The notes below the pieces were generated by a model. The model had not been told where the DNA came from and searched no databases. It worked only from the letters and a program-made list of their open reading frames with translations. The position numbers and the translations under genes are program-made. Shown here in pieces: positions 39,501-51,061 of a DNA stretch of 64,000 nt (positions are counted from its first letter, which is position 1; the number at the start of each line of letters is the position of its first letter). Location of the stretch: contig MU054391.1 in the NCBI GenBank assembly GCA_013239625.1, forward strand, positions 4,359,824-4,423,823, written 5' to 3'. The DNA is from Lama guanicoe (taxonomy: Eukaryota).

Positions 39501-40924
39501 TGCCCTGCCCACCTCTCCCCACCCCTCACCCACCCGCCCCCGCAGAAGCACAGGAGTTTCATCTCTTCGTCATCTGAAACACGCTGATCTGAAATCTTCT
39601 TTGGGAGAATGAACTGGGGCACTTTCCCCAAGCCATCCAGCAGCCCGGCACTGTCTCTGGCGATCTTTGATGAAAGCAGAGGGCGGCATTCAGGACTCAA
39701 GTACTGTGCCTTCCCAGCCCTGGAGGCAGACCCCCCGGGCTGAAACCCTGATGCTGTCGGCTTGATCAGTGAATTCTTGGGAAAATCCATGACAGTTTCT
39801 AACTCAATTTTCACTTCGGAGAAAAAGGTGGTCACAATAACGGCTAACACTGAGTGTAACGGAGAGAAGTACACAGTTGTGCATGCAGGGCACAGAGTTG
39901 ACACGCACAGAAGGTGCTCAGAGATGACCCAGCGCCTCCAGGGTGGGTCCTGTGCCACAGCTCTCAGGTGAGGCTGCTTCTGCTTCACCTGGTCCTAGAG
40001 AAAGGAGACTGGAAGGAAAGAATCCCACCGCACAGACGTGGAGACACGAAGTAAGAGGGGGAGGGACGGGGCCAAGCACACGTGGCCCTTCACTCTCGCC
40101 CGGCCATCTGGTTCTTTAAGACGCTGTAAGGTGATTTCACTGCGTCTAATCGTTTTCTCTCCTTTCAATCCCGGGGGCTTTATTCCCCTCTTGCATTTGG
40201 TTTCCTTGGTATAATTACCTACTCTCTCCGAACTGCTTGTCCTTTCAAAGTGCTTACTTCGTGCTGTCGCAGAAGTACACATTTTTGGCCAAAGTGATGG
40301 AATTTGCAGCCAAATGAAAAAGAATATGTGCAATTAATGAAAACACAGCAATGGACTATAATTTACAGATTATTTGGCAGAAGCGAAACGAGTGAGACAT
40401 GGCCCACTTTGTTCCCAGCCTTGGTTCCTGTAAAGTCTTCTTTAAATTTGTTGCAAATAACGTATCCAAGAAAGGAACACTAGGGACGGTAAGTGTGGGA
40501 GGATTTCACAGCGCCCTTTCACTCCGAGGGACAAATATTTGATGGTCTGCGACAAGCTCTCTGCCATGCCTATTTCCTACCCCCAAATGGGGCCATATTG
40601 AACTAATTCCTCCATAATCTCTCTGTCACAAACATAATTTTCCATGTAATTAAAAAGATTTACACAGCATCTTTAAAAATGTTACACAAACTAAACAAGT
40701 CATTTGATATTAGGGTAAACTTTCAAGGAATTTGGACTCTGGGGCCATTTGACCGCCATTGAGTTTGATAGAAGAAAGATAATATAAATTCTTCCAGAGC
40801 TCCGAAAACAAGACCCGCCATGTGTACAACTGAGTGTAGCCTGCAGTGTTCTCATCCTCGGGAACATGTTCATGAGAAAAAGAGACCAAATATCTTATGA
40901 AATGAAGAAAAGAGGGAAGATTTT

Positions 40925-41371
40925 GGCCATGGTTAATTGAACGTGTCAGCCTGATGGGGCTAACAGATGCCCAGGTGACTGATAAACGTCATTTCTGGGT
41001 GTGTCTGTGAGGGCATTTCCAGAAGACACTTAGTGTTTGAAGCAGGAGAATGAGTGAAAAACAAGCTCCAGCACCAATGCAGCTGGGTACCTTCCCGCCC
41101 AGTGACGGCCGGAGCAGAACGAAAGCTGGAGGAAAAGCGAATTTGCTCTGTGCTGAAGCTGGGACATCCACCTTCTCCCGCCCCCCGACATCCGTGCCCC
41201 TGGTTCTCAGGCTTTTGGACTCGGACTGAGTCACACCACCAGCTTTCCCAGTACTCAGACTTGCAGAGGGCGGGTCATAGGGTTTCCTGGCCTCCTTAAC
41301 TGCAGGCATTCAGACACACATACAGATCTATTCTATTGGTTCTTTCCCCCTGGAGAATCCCAGCTGATACA
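40925..41371 (+). mobile_element. ERVL solo LTR (MLT2B-like)
   Basis: 'atggttaatt...gtgtcagcctgatggggcta...atttctgggtgtgtctgtgaggg...ctattggttct...ctggagaatcccagctgataca'. Confidence 0.92.
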
Positions 41372-41599
41372 ATTGTGAAGTCAGAAACATTTCAGTCTCT
41401 GCTCTGTCGCTTAGTGTTGTTAGTTGTGTAATTTGGTAGAAGCCGTTGATGCCATCTGATCATCACATCTTCCGCGGAGGGCACAGGCAGGGCCAGAGCA
41501 CCCAGCACCATGGAAATACTTGCACTTTCTTGTGCATGGGGAAGCCATTCATTTATTGAATAGGGAAACAATGTTTCCTCTCTGTATTCTCAAAGACCC

Positions 41600-42000
41600 C
41601 TGGATCAGTTAGAGCTTTTTGTTACAAACAAAAGAAATCAGTTCTGAGTAAATAAAATAAATCTGAAATGAGAAAAATCTCTGAACAAGGAGCACTTACA
41701 AAGGCTGAGGACCAGGGTACTCTGGGCAGCAGGAGGGATGGAGCCTCAGCTTTCAGCTTCTCCCTTCGCTCTTGCAGCCCTGGCCCCAGATTCCAGCTCC
41801 AGACTAAGCATCTCACGGTCTAGCTTCGGCCACGTGCCCCCAGCCTCAGCAACGGGAGGAGAGGGAGGGCTTCTCAATCAGCAGCCCCACTAAGGCTGAC
41901 GCGGTGGAGGGGGACAGTTCCCAAGGGGCAGTTCCGGGGTCAGTGCCAAAATCAGGAGTTCTGACCCTCAGAGAGCACAAACAGGCAGCACTCACTGCCA
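41600..42000 (-). mobile_element. Old MaLR LTR (MLT1J/K/L-like)
   Basis: 'tcagttagagctttttgttacaaacaaaagaaa...ggccacgtgccc...gacagttcccaagggg'. Confidence 0.6.
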
Positions 42001-42059
42001 CCAGGATTACTGATTTGGGGACAATGGGGCGGAGGGAATCAGGAGTGGAAGAGAAGTAA

Positions 42060-42260
42060 TGGGTTGGAAGGCGGCTTCAGAGGTTCAGGCAGGAGCTCAA
42101 AGTGACCCGGGCTGAGTGATGGCCGCGGAGGAGGACCTGGGGGCAGATCCGAGACAGTTTTGGCATAGAACCAGCAGGCCTTGCTGACTGGCTACACGTG
42201 GGAGTCAAGAAGGGGGGAGAATTCAGTGTGAAGCCAGCATTCCTGGCTGAAGACGGTCAT
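42060..42260 (-). mobile_element. L2 fragment
   Basis: 'gcagatccgagacagttttggcatagaaccagcaggccttgctgactggctacacgtggg'. Confidence 0.7.
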
Positions 42261-42560
42261 CAGTGGATTTAGTTTCGTGTGATTCGTCTTAATCTTATCG
42301 CGAGTACCGCCTTAATAAAGGAAGATATGTGCATATGGCGGATAACATTTTGAGCTTAATATATTCATATAGGGAACAGAGATACGCCGTGTGCATATGG
42401 GCCTCAGCATCTGCAAATCTATTTTAATAAGCACTTTTATTAAGCTTAAAAACAAGCGCTCCTTTTTCCTTTCTTTTTTAATTTGATGAGCATATTTGAA
42501 ATTATTTCTTGATTCAACAGAGCATTGCTTTAACTTGAAATATTTTGAGGTCTTCTCTTC

Positions 42561-42675
42561 TTTTTTTTTAAATATTTTAATTAATTAATTTATTTTTAGT
42601 GGAAGCACTGGGGACTGAACCCAGGACCTCGTCCATGCTAGGCACATGCTCTACCACTGAGCTCTACCATCCCCG
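42561..42675 (-). mobile_element. tRNA-derived SINE (Vic-1 type, camelid)
   Basis: The reverse complement reads ggggatggtagagctcagtggtagagcatgtgcctagcatggacgaggtcctgggttcagtccccagtgc followed by an AT/A-rich tail, with A and B boxes. Confidence 0.9.
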
Positions 42676-45600
42676 CTCCTTCCTTTTCTTTTAAGTGGAG
42701 CTCTAATCCACACTTCACTCAGCACTGGTCCTGCAGGAGACCCTCCCCTCTCTAGAAAGCATAGCTTAACAGAGCAGGAGAGGATAGTGAAGAAGGGAGG
42801 GAGGAAAGTGCACACATTATCTCAAGACTAAAAATACCATCTCAAATTCTAGGATATCGGTTCACGCCTCCTGGAGACTATTAGAATGGGAGTTTCAAAA
42901 GTTCAGAGGCTATTTTGGTTAGAAGCCTGAAGTTCTTCGAAATAACAGCCGGCAGCTGTCTCTCCCCGCGCCCCTCTCTCCGGCTATAAATACAGGGCAC
43001 TTGTGGAAGTTTTTGAGTCAGCTGTGGAGGGGGTGAACACTTATTGTCTTTTTCCTTTTTTTCTCTATTGTGTCATATTTCTCTATCACAGAGGTGGAGA
43101 ATTAATAGTGAAAACTGAGTTTCGTTTCTCCAGAGAAGAGGGAGCGCTGACCAGCATTATTGCTCTGGTTTTGGGGGCTCAGATTCCCATTAAAATAGAA
43201 AGGTGAACCCTCCCTACTTCGCCACTATTGACTCTGGGGTTCTCTCTGGGTTACTACGAGGGGTGACTTAGAGATCGGCGTGGGAAGTGGGGAGCAGCAA
43301 GCGCTTGGGGTCCGTGGGCCCTGAGAAGTTCAGCCCGGCTCTGATGGGTACCAGCTGGGCCACTCAGATGTGAGGTGCGGGGCTCTGAGATGGGTTGTTT
43401 ATCCGAGACGAGGAAGCGTGATGCCTGCTTCGAGGGCTGTGATGTGAGGAAGCACAGCCACAGCTGTGAGAGCACCCACCTGGCCGTGTGACGCCTGGTT
43501 TGCACAGGCCGGAACATCATTGTCCTTGCTCTGTTTTCTGTGATTATCATGACGCACTTTCTCCAGGAGCGTGAGAAGTACAGAATGGAAAAGGACGCCG
43601 CGGGGTCCACGTGTGTCCACGCCTGTCACGAAAGCTGCTCATTTTCCAATCAGACTTTTTACGATAATAGGTTTGTGGCTGGGATGGAATGGTACCACTC
43701 AGGGAGCCATGACCCGGCTGTGCAGAGTGAACCCCAGTCACGTCGTGGGGAGTCCCAGCTGCCCCCTCCCCCAGGGGCCTTGCTTACGCTACTGGGTTTG
43801 TGCTGTGTACACTCATCCCCACTTTGATGCTGACCCTCCTTGGTCCAACCTGGAGGGACTGGCCTTCATCCTGCTCCAGAGGGAGCATCCTTCCAGCTGA
43901 CAGGTAGGGTCTGGTGCCAAAAAGACCTGGAAGGCCTTCTCTTGAGCAGTGTTTAGATACCCAGGGTCATCTGTAGGAAATTTCTCTGTGGTTCGTGTCT
44001 GTTCCTTCATTTATTTATTCATTTGTCCTCAGGTCACCCCATGTCAGGCGTGGGCAATGCAAGTCAGAAACGTGTGTGGCCCCTGTATTCCAGCAGTTAA
44101 CGGAGACATGACACAGACAGCGACAACAAGGCAGGAGATGGGGCATCCTGAGGACACAGCCACACAGGGATGCAGCCCATCCCTAGCCTCCTCTGGTCCC
44201 GGAAAGGAAACCCAGACAAGGTTACTGCCGTGTGATCTGGAGGGTGAGAAGCCGTTAGCCTGGGACAAGGGGAAAAACAGCCATGAAGTCTTAGCGGCAG
44301 AAGAGAACAGAGCAACTCTGAGAAAAATCAGTGCAGCTAAAGCCCGAATCAAGGGAGAAGGAGAGCGGAAGACGGGGCCAGTGCTGGAGAGACGGGGGGT
44401 GCTGAGAAGTCAAGGGAGGCAGACGTGTGTGCACGCGCACATGTGTGTGTGTTGCATATAAGTATGAATACATATGTGTATATATGTTAGTTTTAAAATA
44501 TTTTCTAAGAGTCAGATTCTCTTGTGGTCACCAGTCCAGGAAACAAACCAGAAAAGCTCCGAAGCAGTACAGAGCCAAGATCCAGATAAGGCTTCACGAA
44601 TCCCCCTCCTTCCCTCTTCCCCCCAATTCCCACGAGAACAAGTGGCTGTCCTCATTCGCCCGGGTGCCGTCGCAGGGAGAAGGGCTAGAAAGTGCATCTG
44701 GAGAAATCCGGGCATTTACAAGGCACCACAGTATCTGACCGTAGCCACTGAAAGATGCATGAGTTGAATTTTTGTTAAAAGCTAATATTTCCTCCATGAG
44801 GAGTCTGTGTTCAGACTAGAAGAGCCTGCAAACTCATCAACTGGCAAATCCTTCGGTTCTCCTGCTGCCCAGCAGGGCGAGGGCTCATAAGGAAGAAAAT
44901 CAAAAAGCTACACTTCATTTCCAAGTGGGACGCGAGAGTGTGTGGAATGTTCAGTCCTGTAACTAAAGCCATGGAGACTAGTTGAGCTCCATCCTGATAC
45001 CCACCACCTAGGAAGCCACGAGTGGATGACATGATCAGAGAGACATTTTAGCAGAATAACTATGGTTCTCATCACATCATAAAATGCCATTAACGAGATA
45101 CCAAGAAAGCACGTCACATCGTCAGCTCAGAATCAATATGAGTGAAGCCAAAATTTCCCTTTAGTGCCATGTCTTTAGGAGACTATATTGCAAGCATCTT
45201 TCCTGCCCTGTAGGAGCCGTGAGCCAGGAGCAGTAGGAGGCAGTTTTCAGCAGCTGCCAAACATGACATTTCTGGACAGGCTGTCTCATCCTTAGCGGGG
45301 GACATCTGGAGAACAGCCTTTCATCTCTTGGCCTCTGCACGCCCGGCTACCTGCAAGGGGCCGGAGCCCAGGGCATGTGTGTGGCTGGAGCCTGGCTCGT
45401 GTGCCCAGCTGGGCCCCAGCAGCGCCAGGCAGAGAGAGGTTTCCTTGCTTCCAGCAGCAACATCTGGTCTGGGAAGCCTTTGTCCATTCCTCTACGACAT
45501 GCACTTACGGCTCCAGCCAGCCTGGATGGATGGTCCCATCGATGGCAACCACTCACATCTGACAGGTGCAGGTCCCCCTAGTGGATCACCTCCCATGGCT

Positions 45601-46869
45601 GGAGACCAAAGCATTCCAGGAAAAAAGGCTGCCATCGTGAGCTTGCCACCTGGCTCAAGGGTATGTGGCATCAAATGGAAGCAAAGGGGTTATTTGTTAA
45701 TTCCACTAGAGCAGACCTCTGCACGGCAGGTGTCCTTTGCTCCCTGGAGATGTGTTCTTGGGACTACTGAACACACAGCATAGGGGCCACGAGGTGCTTT
45801 TGCCCTCACAAACAGCTCAACCTGGCCAAGCCCTCAGGTTATGATGCTCTCCTGCTCTTTTGCTTGAGGATACCATTGCCAAAGAAAGTGAAAAAGAGAA
45901 ATAATTTTTGGTCCCATGGAAACGTTAAGTTGGTAAAAGAAATGTGGAGAGATACCACCTTGTCCATCAAGTCATAAACTCTCCAAGTCAGTTGTGTGAT
46001 TAACAGTGATTTGTGTATATATGGGCATGTTCATGCATTTTGTAAATACCTAAAAAAGACCTGGAGGACTGGATTGTGTACTGTCAGCAGCGGCCAACCC
46101 TAGGAAGACCAGGGGAAGGACGGTTGGTGATGGTGGGTCTCTGAATTCAACATTCAGTGTTGCCTGTTGAAAAATTATTGAAGAGACGGCTCATTATGAA
46201 TGGGATTATGAAACAAAAAGAATATGAGTCTCTAATTTGGAGCAAGTTTGTGATGAGTGTCCACCTCTCCTCATCAACCTGGAGGCTTCATGAGGAAGTG
46301 CACCTTGGGCGTGGAGCCCAGGTCTGGGTGTGACTGCAGTTCCTCTACGCATAGGTGGTGTGGAGAATTACAGCCTCCTCTTCCTCCTCTGTAGAATGGC
46401 GACAATGAAATGCCCTTCATGGATTTGTTCTAATGAGTGGAATAAAATAATACAGCTCTGGCTTCTGGTGCCAAAGAGTCCATCCAGATCAATGCTTCCA
46501 CAAGGCACTGTGGCCCCTCCGTGTCCCCATGGCGGCCAGTGTGCCTCTACGTCAGCTCCTAACATAGCTCAGGGCATCCAATCCCATCCATGCTGGCTTT
46601 TCCCACCCATCTCTGAAGTCTGCAAAGGTAGGAAGGCAGAGGCTCTTTCTTACCTCTGTGTCCGCAGAGCCTCGCTCAGTGAGGATGTGTATTTATCGAC
46701 GAATAAGGAGAGAAGACTAAGTGAATATACCAATGGTTGATTAACAGTGAGCAAATAAATAAACAAGTGAAGCCATAAAACCTCCAGGCCTGTGTGTTTA
46801 GCAGATGACTTCACATTGTTGGAGAGCACCAGTTTCAAAATAACAAACAAATTGATGACCGTAATGGGA

Positions 46870-47110
46870 TAATGATGATGATAACCATTCACGTTCCACG
46901 AGCCTGGAAATGTTCTAAGAACATGGCTTAAGTCATTCAGTCCTACCCAGCTTTCCACAAAGAAAGTGCTCTTAGTTGTCTTCATTTTAGCGACGAGGAA
47001 ACCAAGATGCAGAGAGGTTAAGGATGTTGTTCAAGTTTTCTCCAGTGGCAGAGCCGGGCGGTCTGACTTCAGTATGGAAGCTCTCATGGTATCTCTACAG
47101 TATAGTGCCT
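46870..47110 (-). mobile_element. MIR SINE
   Basis: 'cttcattttagcgacgaggaaaccaagatgcagagaggttaagg...tggcagagccggg...tctgacttcag'. Confidence 0.85.
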
Positions 47111-48229
47111 CTCAGTTCATGTGAGCCTTCTCCGTGTCACCCCTCTGGGTAAGAATGAATGAGCTGGAATCTGGCCTGAATAGGTGGGTAAATCCCTCAG
47201 CCTTGACAGTAGTGAAGTGGGAGTTGACCGGGACTGTTGAAGGCGACCCTCAAGCATCAGTTCTTGAGATGTAAGTTTAACCCAGATCCAGAGCTGGTGG
47301 GCTGTCCAGTCCCCTTCCCCCTGAGGCAGAGGACAAGGTTGTCCCTGAGCAGCAGGCACAGGCATCACTGTCCCTCACTGCCGCTGGGCTTTGTGATTTC
47401 TTGGGGAACCACAGGGAGCTCAGCCAGACAAAGCAGTTCCGTCATAAGTCTTGCTCATTCAGACTGGGTGGGGCATTAGTCATTAAGCCCTGGTAAACGA
47501 CCGACTTTCTGCCACGGCCGTTTTGCAGCTCCACCTGAATGCAGATCACGGGCTCTCCGGCCCACGTGGCAATAAAATTTGCAGTTTCTGATGGTAATAT
47601 TCACTTTGCATGAGACCCCCTTAATGACCAATTTGGACAGAGATCATTGGCAACGTCTGGTTCCTCCCTGGACAACTAAGGAGAAGCCACTGCCGTTTAA
47701 TTTCCGGGAAAGACTTTCAACTCATGTAAACTTCCATCCTTCTCCACGCTAACTTGAAAGCAAGAGGAGGCATTTCTCAAGCTGCCTTTCCCCCGCTTGG
47801 TGCCAGCTATGGAATGATGGGGAGACATCGAGGCAGTTGTAAAAGGGAAAGGCAGCAGTCTGGAGCAGGAAGACAAACGAATGACATCACCAGACGTTCA
47901 GAACGCCGATGGGAAGATTCCTATCGTGACCAGCGTGTTACTTGATGGGAGAGGGAAGAAAGTGCTTTCTCTGAGGACGGGAACGAAATTATCCTCCCCG
48001 AGAAGGAAAACCTGCTTTACAGGTGGAGGCCAAGGAGGCCAGTAGACGTGATCACACCTTCTGCTGCTCTCTCCTCTCCCCGGACATATCACGAGAGAGG
48101 TCACTCATCAATTCGAGACCCACGTTGGGAGAAATGAGTTTTCTACCAGGCTGAATTTCTTAGGTGAAGTTTGTTTTCTCATGAGCTGAAACACTGCACG
48201 GTGGTCAAAGCTGGACTATGGAATTGAAT

Positions 48230-48454
48230 CAGTGGTTCCCAACTTGAGCAACGTTTGTCCCCCGCCAGGACACCTGGCAATGCCTGGAGACACTTTTGGT
48301 TGTCACACTGGGGAGGCTGGCAAGGTGCCATTGACATCTCGTGAATGGAGATGGAAGATCCTCTTATCATCCCAAATGCACGGACTGCCCCATCCAAACC
48401 ACCTCCTCCAGCAAAGAAGGACCCTGTCTGAAATTGCCACGTTGAGAAACAGAC
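48230..48454 (+). mobile_element. MER20 (hAT) DNA transposon nested in a MIR (MIR about 48185-48655)
   Basis: 'cagtggttcccaac...ggacacctggcaatgcctggagacacttttggttgtcac...gttgagaaac'. MIR head lies upstream and MIR core 'cagttttcttacccctaaatcgagg' downstream. Confidence 0.9.
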
Positions 48455-49020
48455 AACCTTGAACTGGACAGACCTGGCCCACACACCAGCTTCACCACGT
48501 ATGAGCTGCCTGACTTGAGGACGCAGTCTTTAACCTTGCTAAGCGTCAGTTTTCTTACCCCTAAATCGAGGGGTGCCAGTGAACAGCCCTCATTAGGATC
48601 GTTGTGAAGGACAGAGGACATAATGAGCATCAAGGGCTTAGGGCACTCCTGACAACCTGTAATGCCCTGCATTTCATACACATGGGAGACATTTTTTAAA
48701 TATTTGTTAAATGAGATCATGGAACTTCTCTCGCTAACTCACGTAATCCCAGCACACAGCAAAGACACTTGAAGTATCACAAGGCTCTGAATTAGGGACA
48801 AGAGCTTTCAGGTAATGTAGTCCCCAGAAGGATCAGAAACCACCCCCTTTATGTAACTGGAATCTAAGACCAGAGGAACTTATTTTCTAAAAATAATCTT
48901 TACCCATTCAGAATAAAAAATATATACTATATATAGATGTATAAATATGTGTATTAAATATGTTATGTAAATGTACACAAATTCTTGATCAAGTAATAAA
49001 TTTAACAATATCCTAGCACA

Positions 49021-49178
49021 GGGGAAGGGTAGAGCTCAGTGGTAGAGTGCGTGCTTAGCATGCATGAGGGGCTGGGTTCAATCCCCAGTGCCTCAATTTA
49101 AAAAAGCAAACAGACAAACGAACAAACAACCTAATTGCCTCCCCCAACAAAAAAAAATTAAAATTAAATTTTAAAAAT
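49021..49178 (+). mobile_element. tRNA-derived SINE (Vic-1 type, camelid)
   Basis: ggggaagggtagagctcagtggtagagtgcgtgcttagcatgcatgaggggctgggttcaatccccagtgcctc, then an A-rich tail containing 'cctaattgcctcccc'. TSD ctagcaca at 49013-49020 and 49184-49191. Confidence 0.95.
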
Positions 49179-49872
49179 TTCTTCTAGCACAAAGTTCTCA
49201 CGGAGATGCTGTGCTGATTACATGTTTTACACGGAAAGTTTTTTTTTTTTAATCAAAACTGTGGTAGATTTTCTGAGATGTACCCAGATAACTGTGTGAG
49301 CAGCTACATGATATCCTGGAAATTCTGATGGGCTCTGAAAGTCTGAGCAGCAGCGTGGGGAGGCATGAACCACGCGAGGTCAGTTCTGTCCAGAAGCCAA
49401 AAAGAGAAACACAACAGGCGGAAGGTTACGGATAAACCAAAATAAAGTTTGAATTTGTGATAATCACATAAAATCATGAACGCAGAGGTAGGAAAAGAGA
49501 AATGGTTTGATTGCTGCGATCACTGGCCTCCCAGCAGAGACCCCAGCTCCTGCCTTTCGGGGCTGGGCAGTGAGGCTGTGCCCGGCACACCTCAGAAGCT
49601 CACTCGCACTGCGAGTATAGACCACGGGTCCTGCTTGCTGGAAACGAGGGTGAAAATAGGTCACAGCCACTTTCGGTTTTTCTGTTAAGTGCTGTAAGAC
49701 TAGGTCACAGGGCACTCTGTTCTTGGGAAATCCTCCCAGCTCTCCTGGGTGCTTTTAGTGCTGAGACTGGACCTCTGTACAGCAGCCTTTGAGTACTTAT
49801 CTCAGCGCGTGGACCGCGGCATTGTGGGTTTTCTTGTCATCTGCTTTTTGTTTTGCTTTTGTGTTTTTAATT

Positions 49873-49893
49873 TATATATATATATATATATAT
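49873..49893. repeat. (TA)n microsatellite
   Basis: Seen directly. Confidence 0.9.
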
Positions 49894-51033
49894 TTTTTTT
49901 AATTTCAAGTGTCATTTGATTTGTTTTCAGAATTCACCTCACATCATGGTATCCATGGACCATTATGATTTCTATTTTTTAAAATATTTTTAATCACCTT
50001 CAATGTTTTATTTTATGGCTTCTTTCATGTGGTTCTGTTTTAGTTCCCAGGGTGGAAATTTTGTGTTTATTGCTTTGGCTGGCAGCGCGTCACAGTGGTT
50101 CATCTCCCCACGGGGCGTGTGATTTTCTCACTTAAGCCATTTTCAGCAGGCTTTGGTCTTGTTGGGGTGTCCCACAGGCCCTACGTAAAGTGCTCTGCAG
50201 AGCAGTCTTACACTCCTGTTTGCTGTGGGCCCACCTTGGAACTGTCCTGCACAAGGTGTTATGGAAACTTCCCTGCATCTTTGTCCGCTGTGGGCGTTGG
50301 ATGAGTCACAGATCTGATGCCTTAGCAGAGACATCTCACTCCTGTCCAGAGCCCTGGTTGGATGCTGAGCTTCCTTTTAGATTCTTCAGGCCACACATGT
50401 AGTTTTTCCAGTACATCCCGTTGAAACACTGATCCTCTCCAGATCCTGTCTTTTTACATGGATTCCAGCTTCTTCTCTCCACTTGACCCAAATCAAGACC
50501 TGTGATGTCTATGTGAGCCACCAGCTTCCAGGACCCACATCTCACCAGTGTCTCCCTGGGCTCCGTGGGGCCAACAGAACACAGCGTGGGCTTTGCACTC
50601 TCTTGGGTGTTGCTGTTCAGCTATGTTCTTCTCTTCCTTCTGAGCACCCATCAATATTAAAAAACAAAACAAAACAAAAAAACCTGTCTTGTTGTGTGTC
50701 ACTCAGCACTTCTACGCATTTTGAGGAGGGGTCTTCATCACTGGAGTCTCAGAAAACTGGCTGCGTTTGCTTTTCCATCCACCCCCCCAGCTCACTTTCC
50801 AATGAATGTTCTATCCAAGCTGACAGCCCTCACCCTCACCCCAAGGATGCTTTATCCACATCTTCCGTTACTCTTGCAATGTTCCTGCCATGCCTCCCTC
50901 TTCAAACATTGCCCACTGCCAACTCACATCCTTCTCCTCCAAAAAGCATTTCTAACGTGGAGGAAGCTCCGAGTTTTTAATTCCCCATAGTCCCTCCAGC
51001 AAAAATTATCTCCAACAATTCTTCTGGCATTAT

Positions 51034-51061
51034 TGTGTGTGTGTGTGTGTGTGTGTGTGTG
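51034..51061. repeat. (TG)14 microsatellite
   Basis: Seen directly. Confidence 0.97.

Noticed and set aside
43380..43830. Overlapping ORFs with a hydrophobic stretch (IIVLALFSVIIM)
   Set aside because: No convincing splice sites or homology. More likely regulatory or neutral sequence.
43949..44461. 170-aa ORF
   Set aside because: Overlaps degraded antisense L2-like and TG-repeat sequence, with no protein family resemblance.
49021..49092. tRNA-like sequence with A and B boxes
   Set aside because: It continues into an A-rich SINE tail and is flanked by a TSD, so it is a SINE rather than a tRNA gene. The same applies to 42561-42675.
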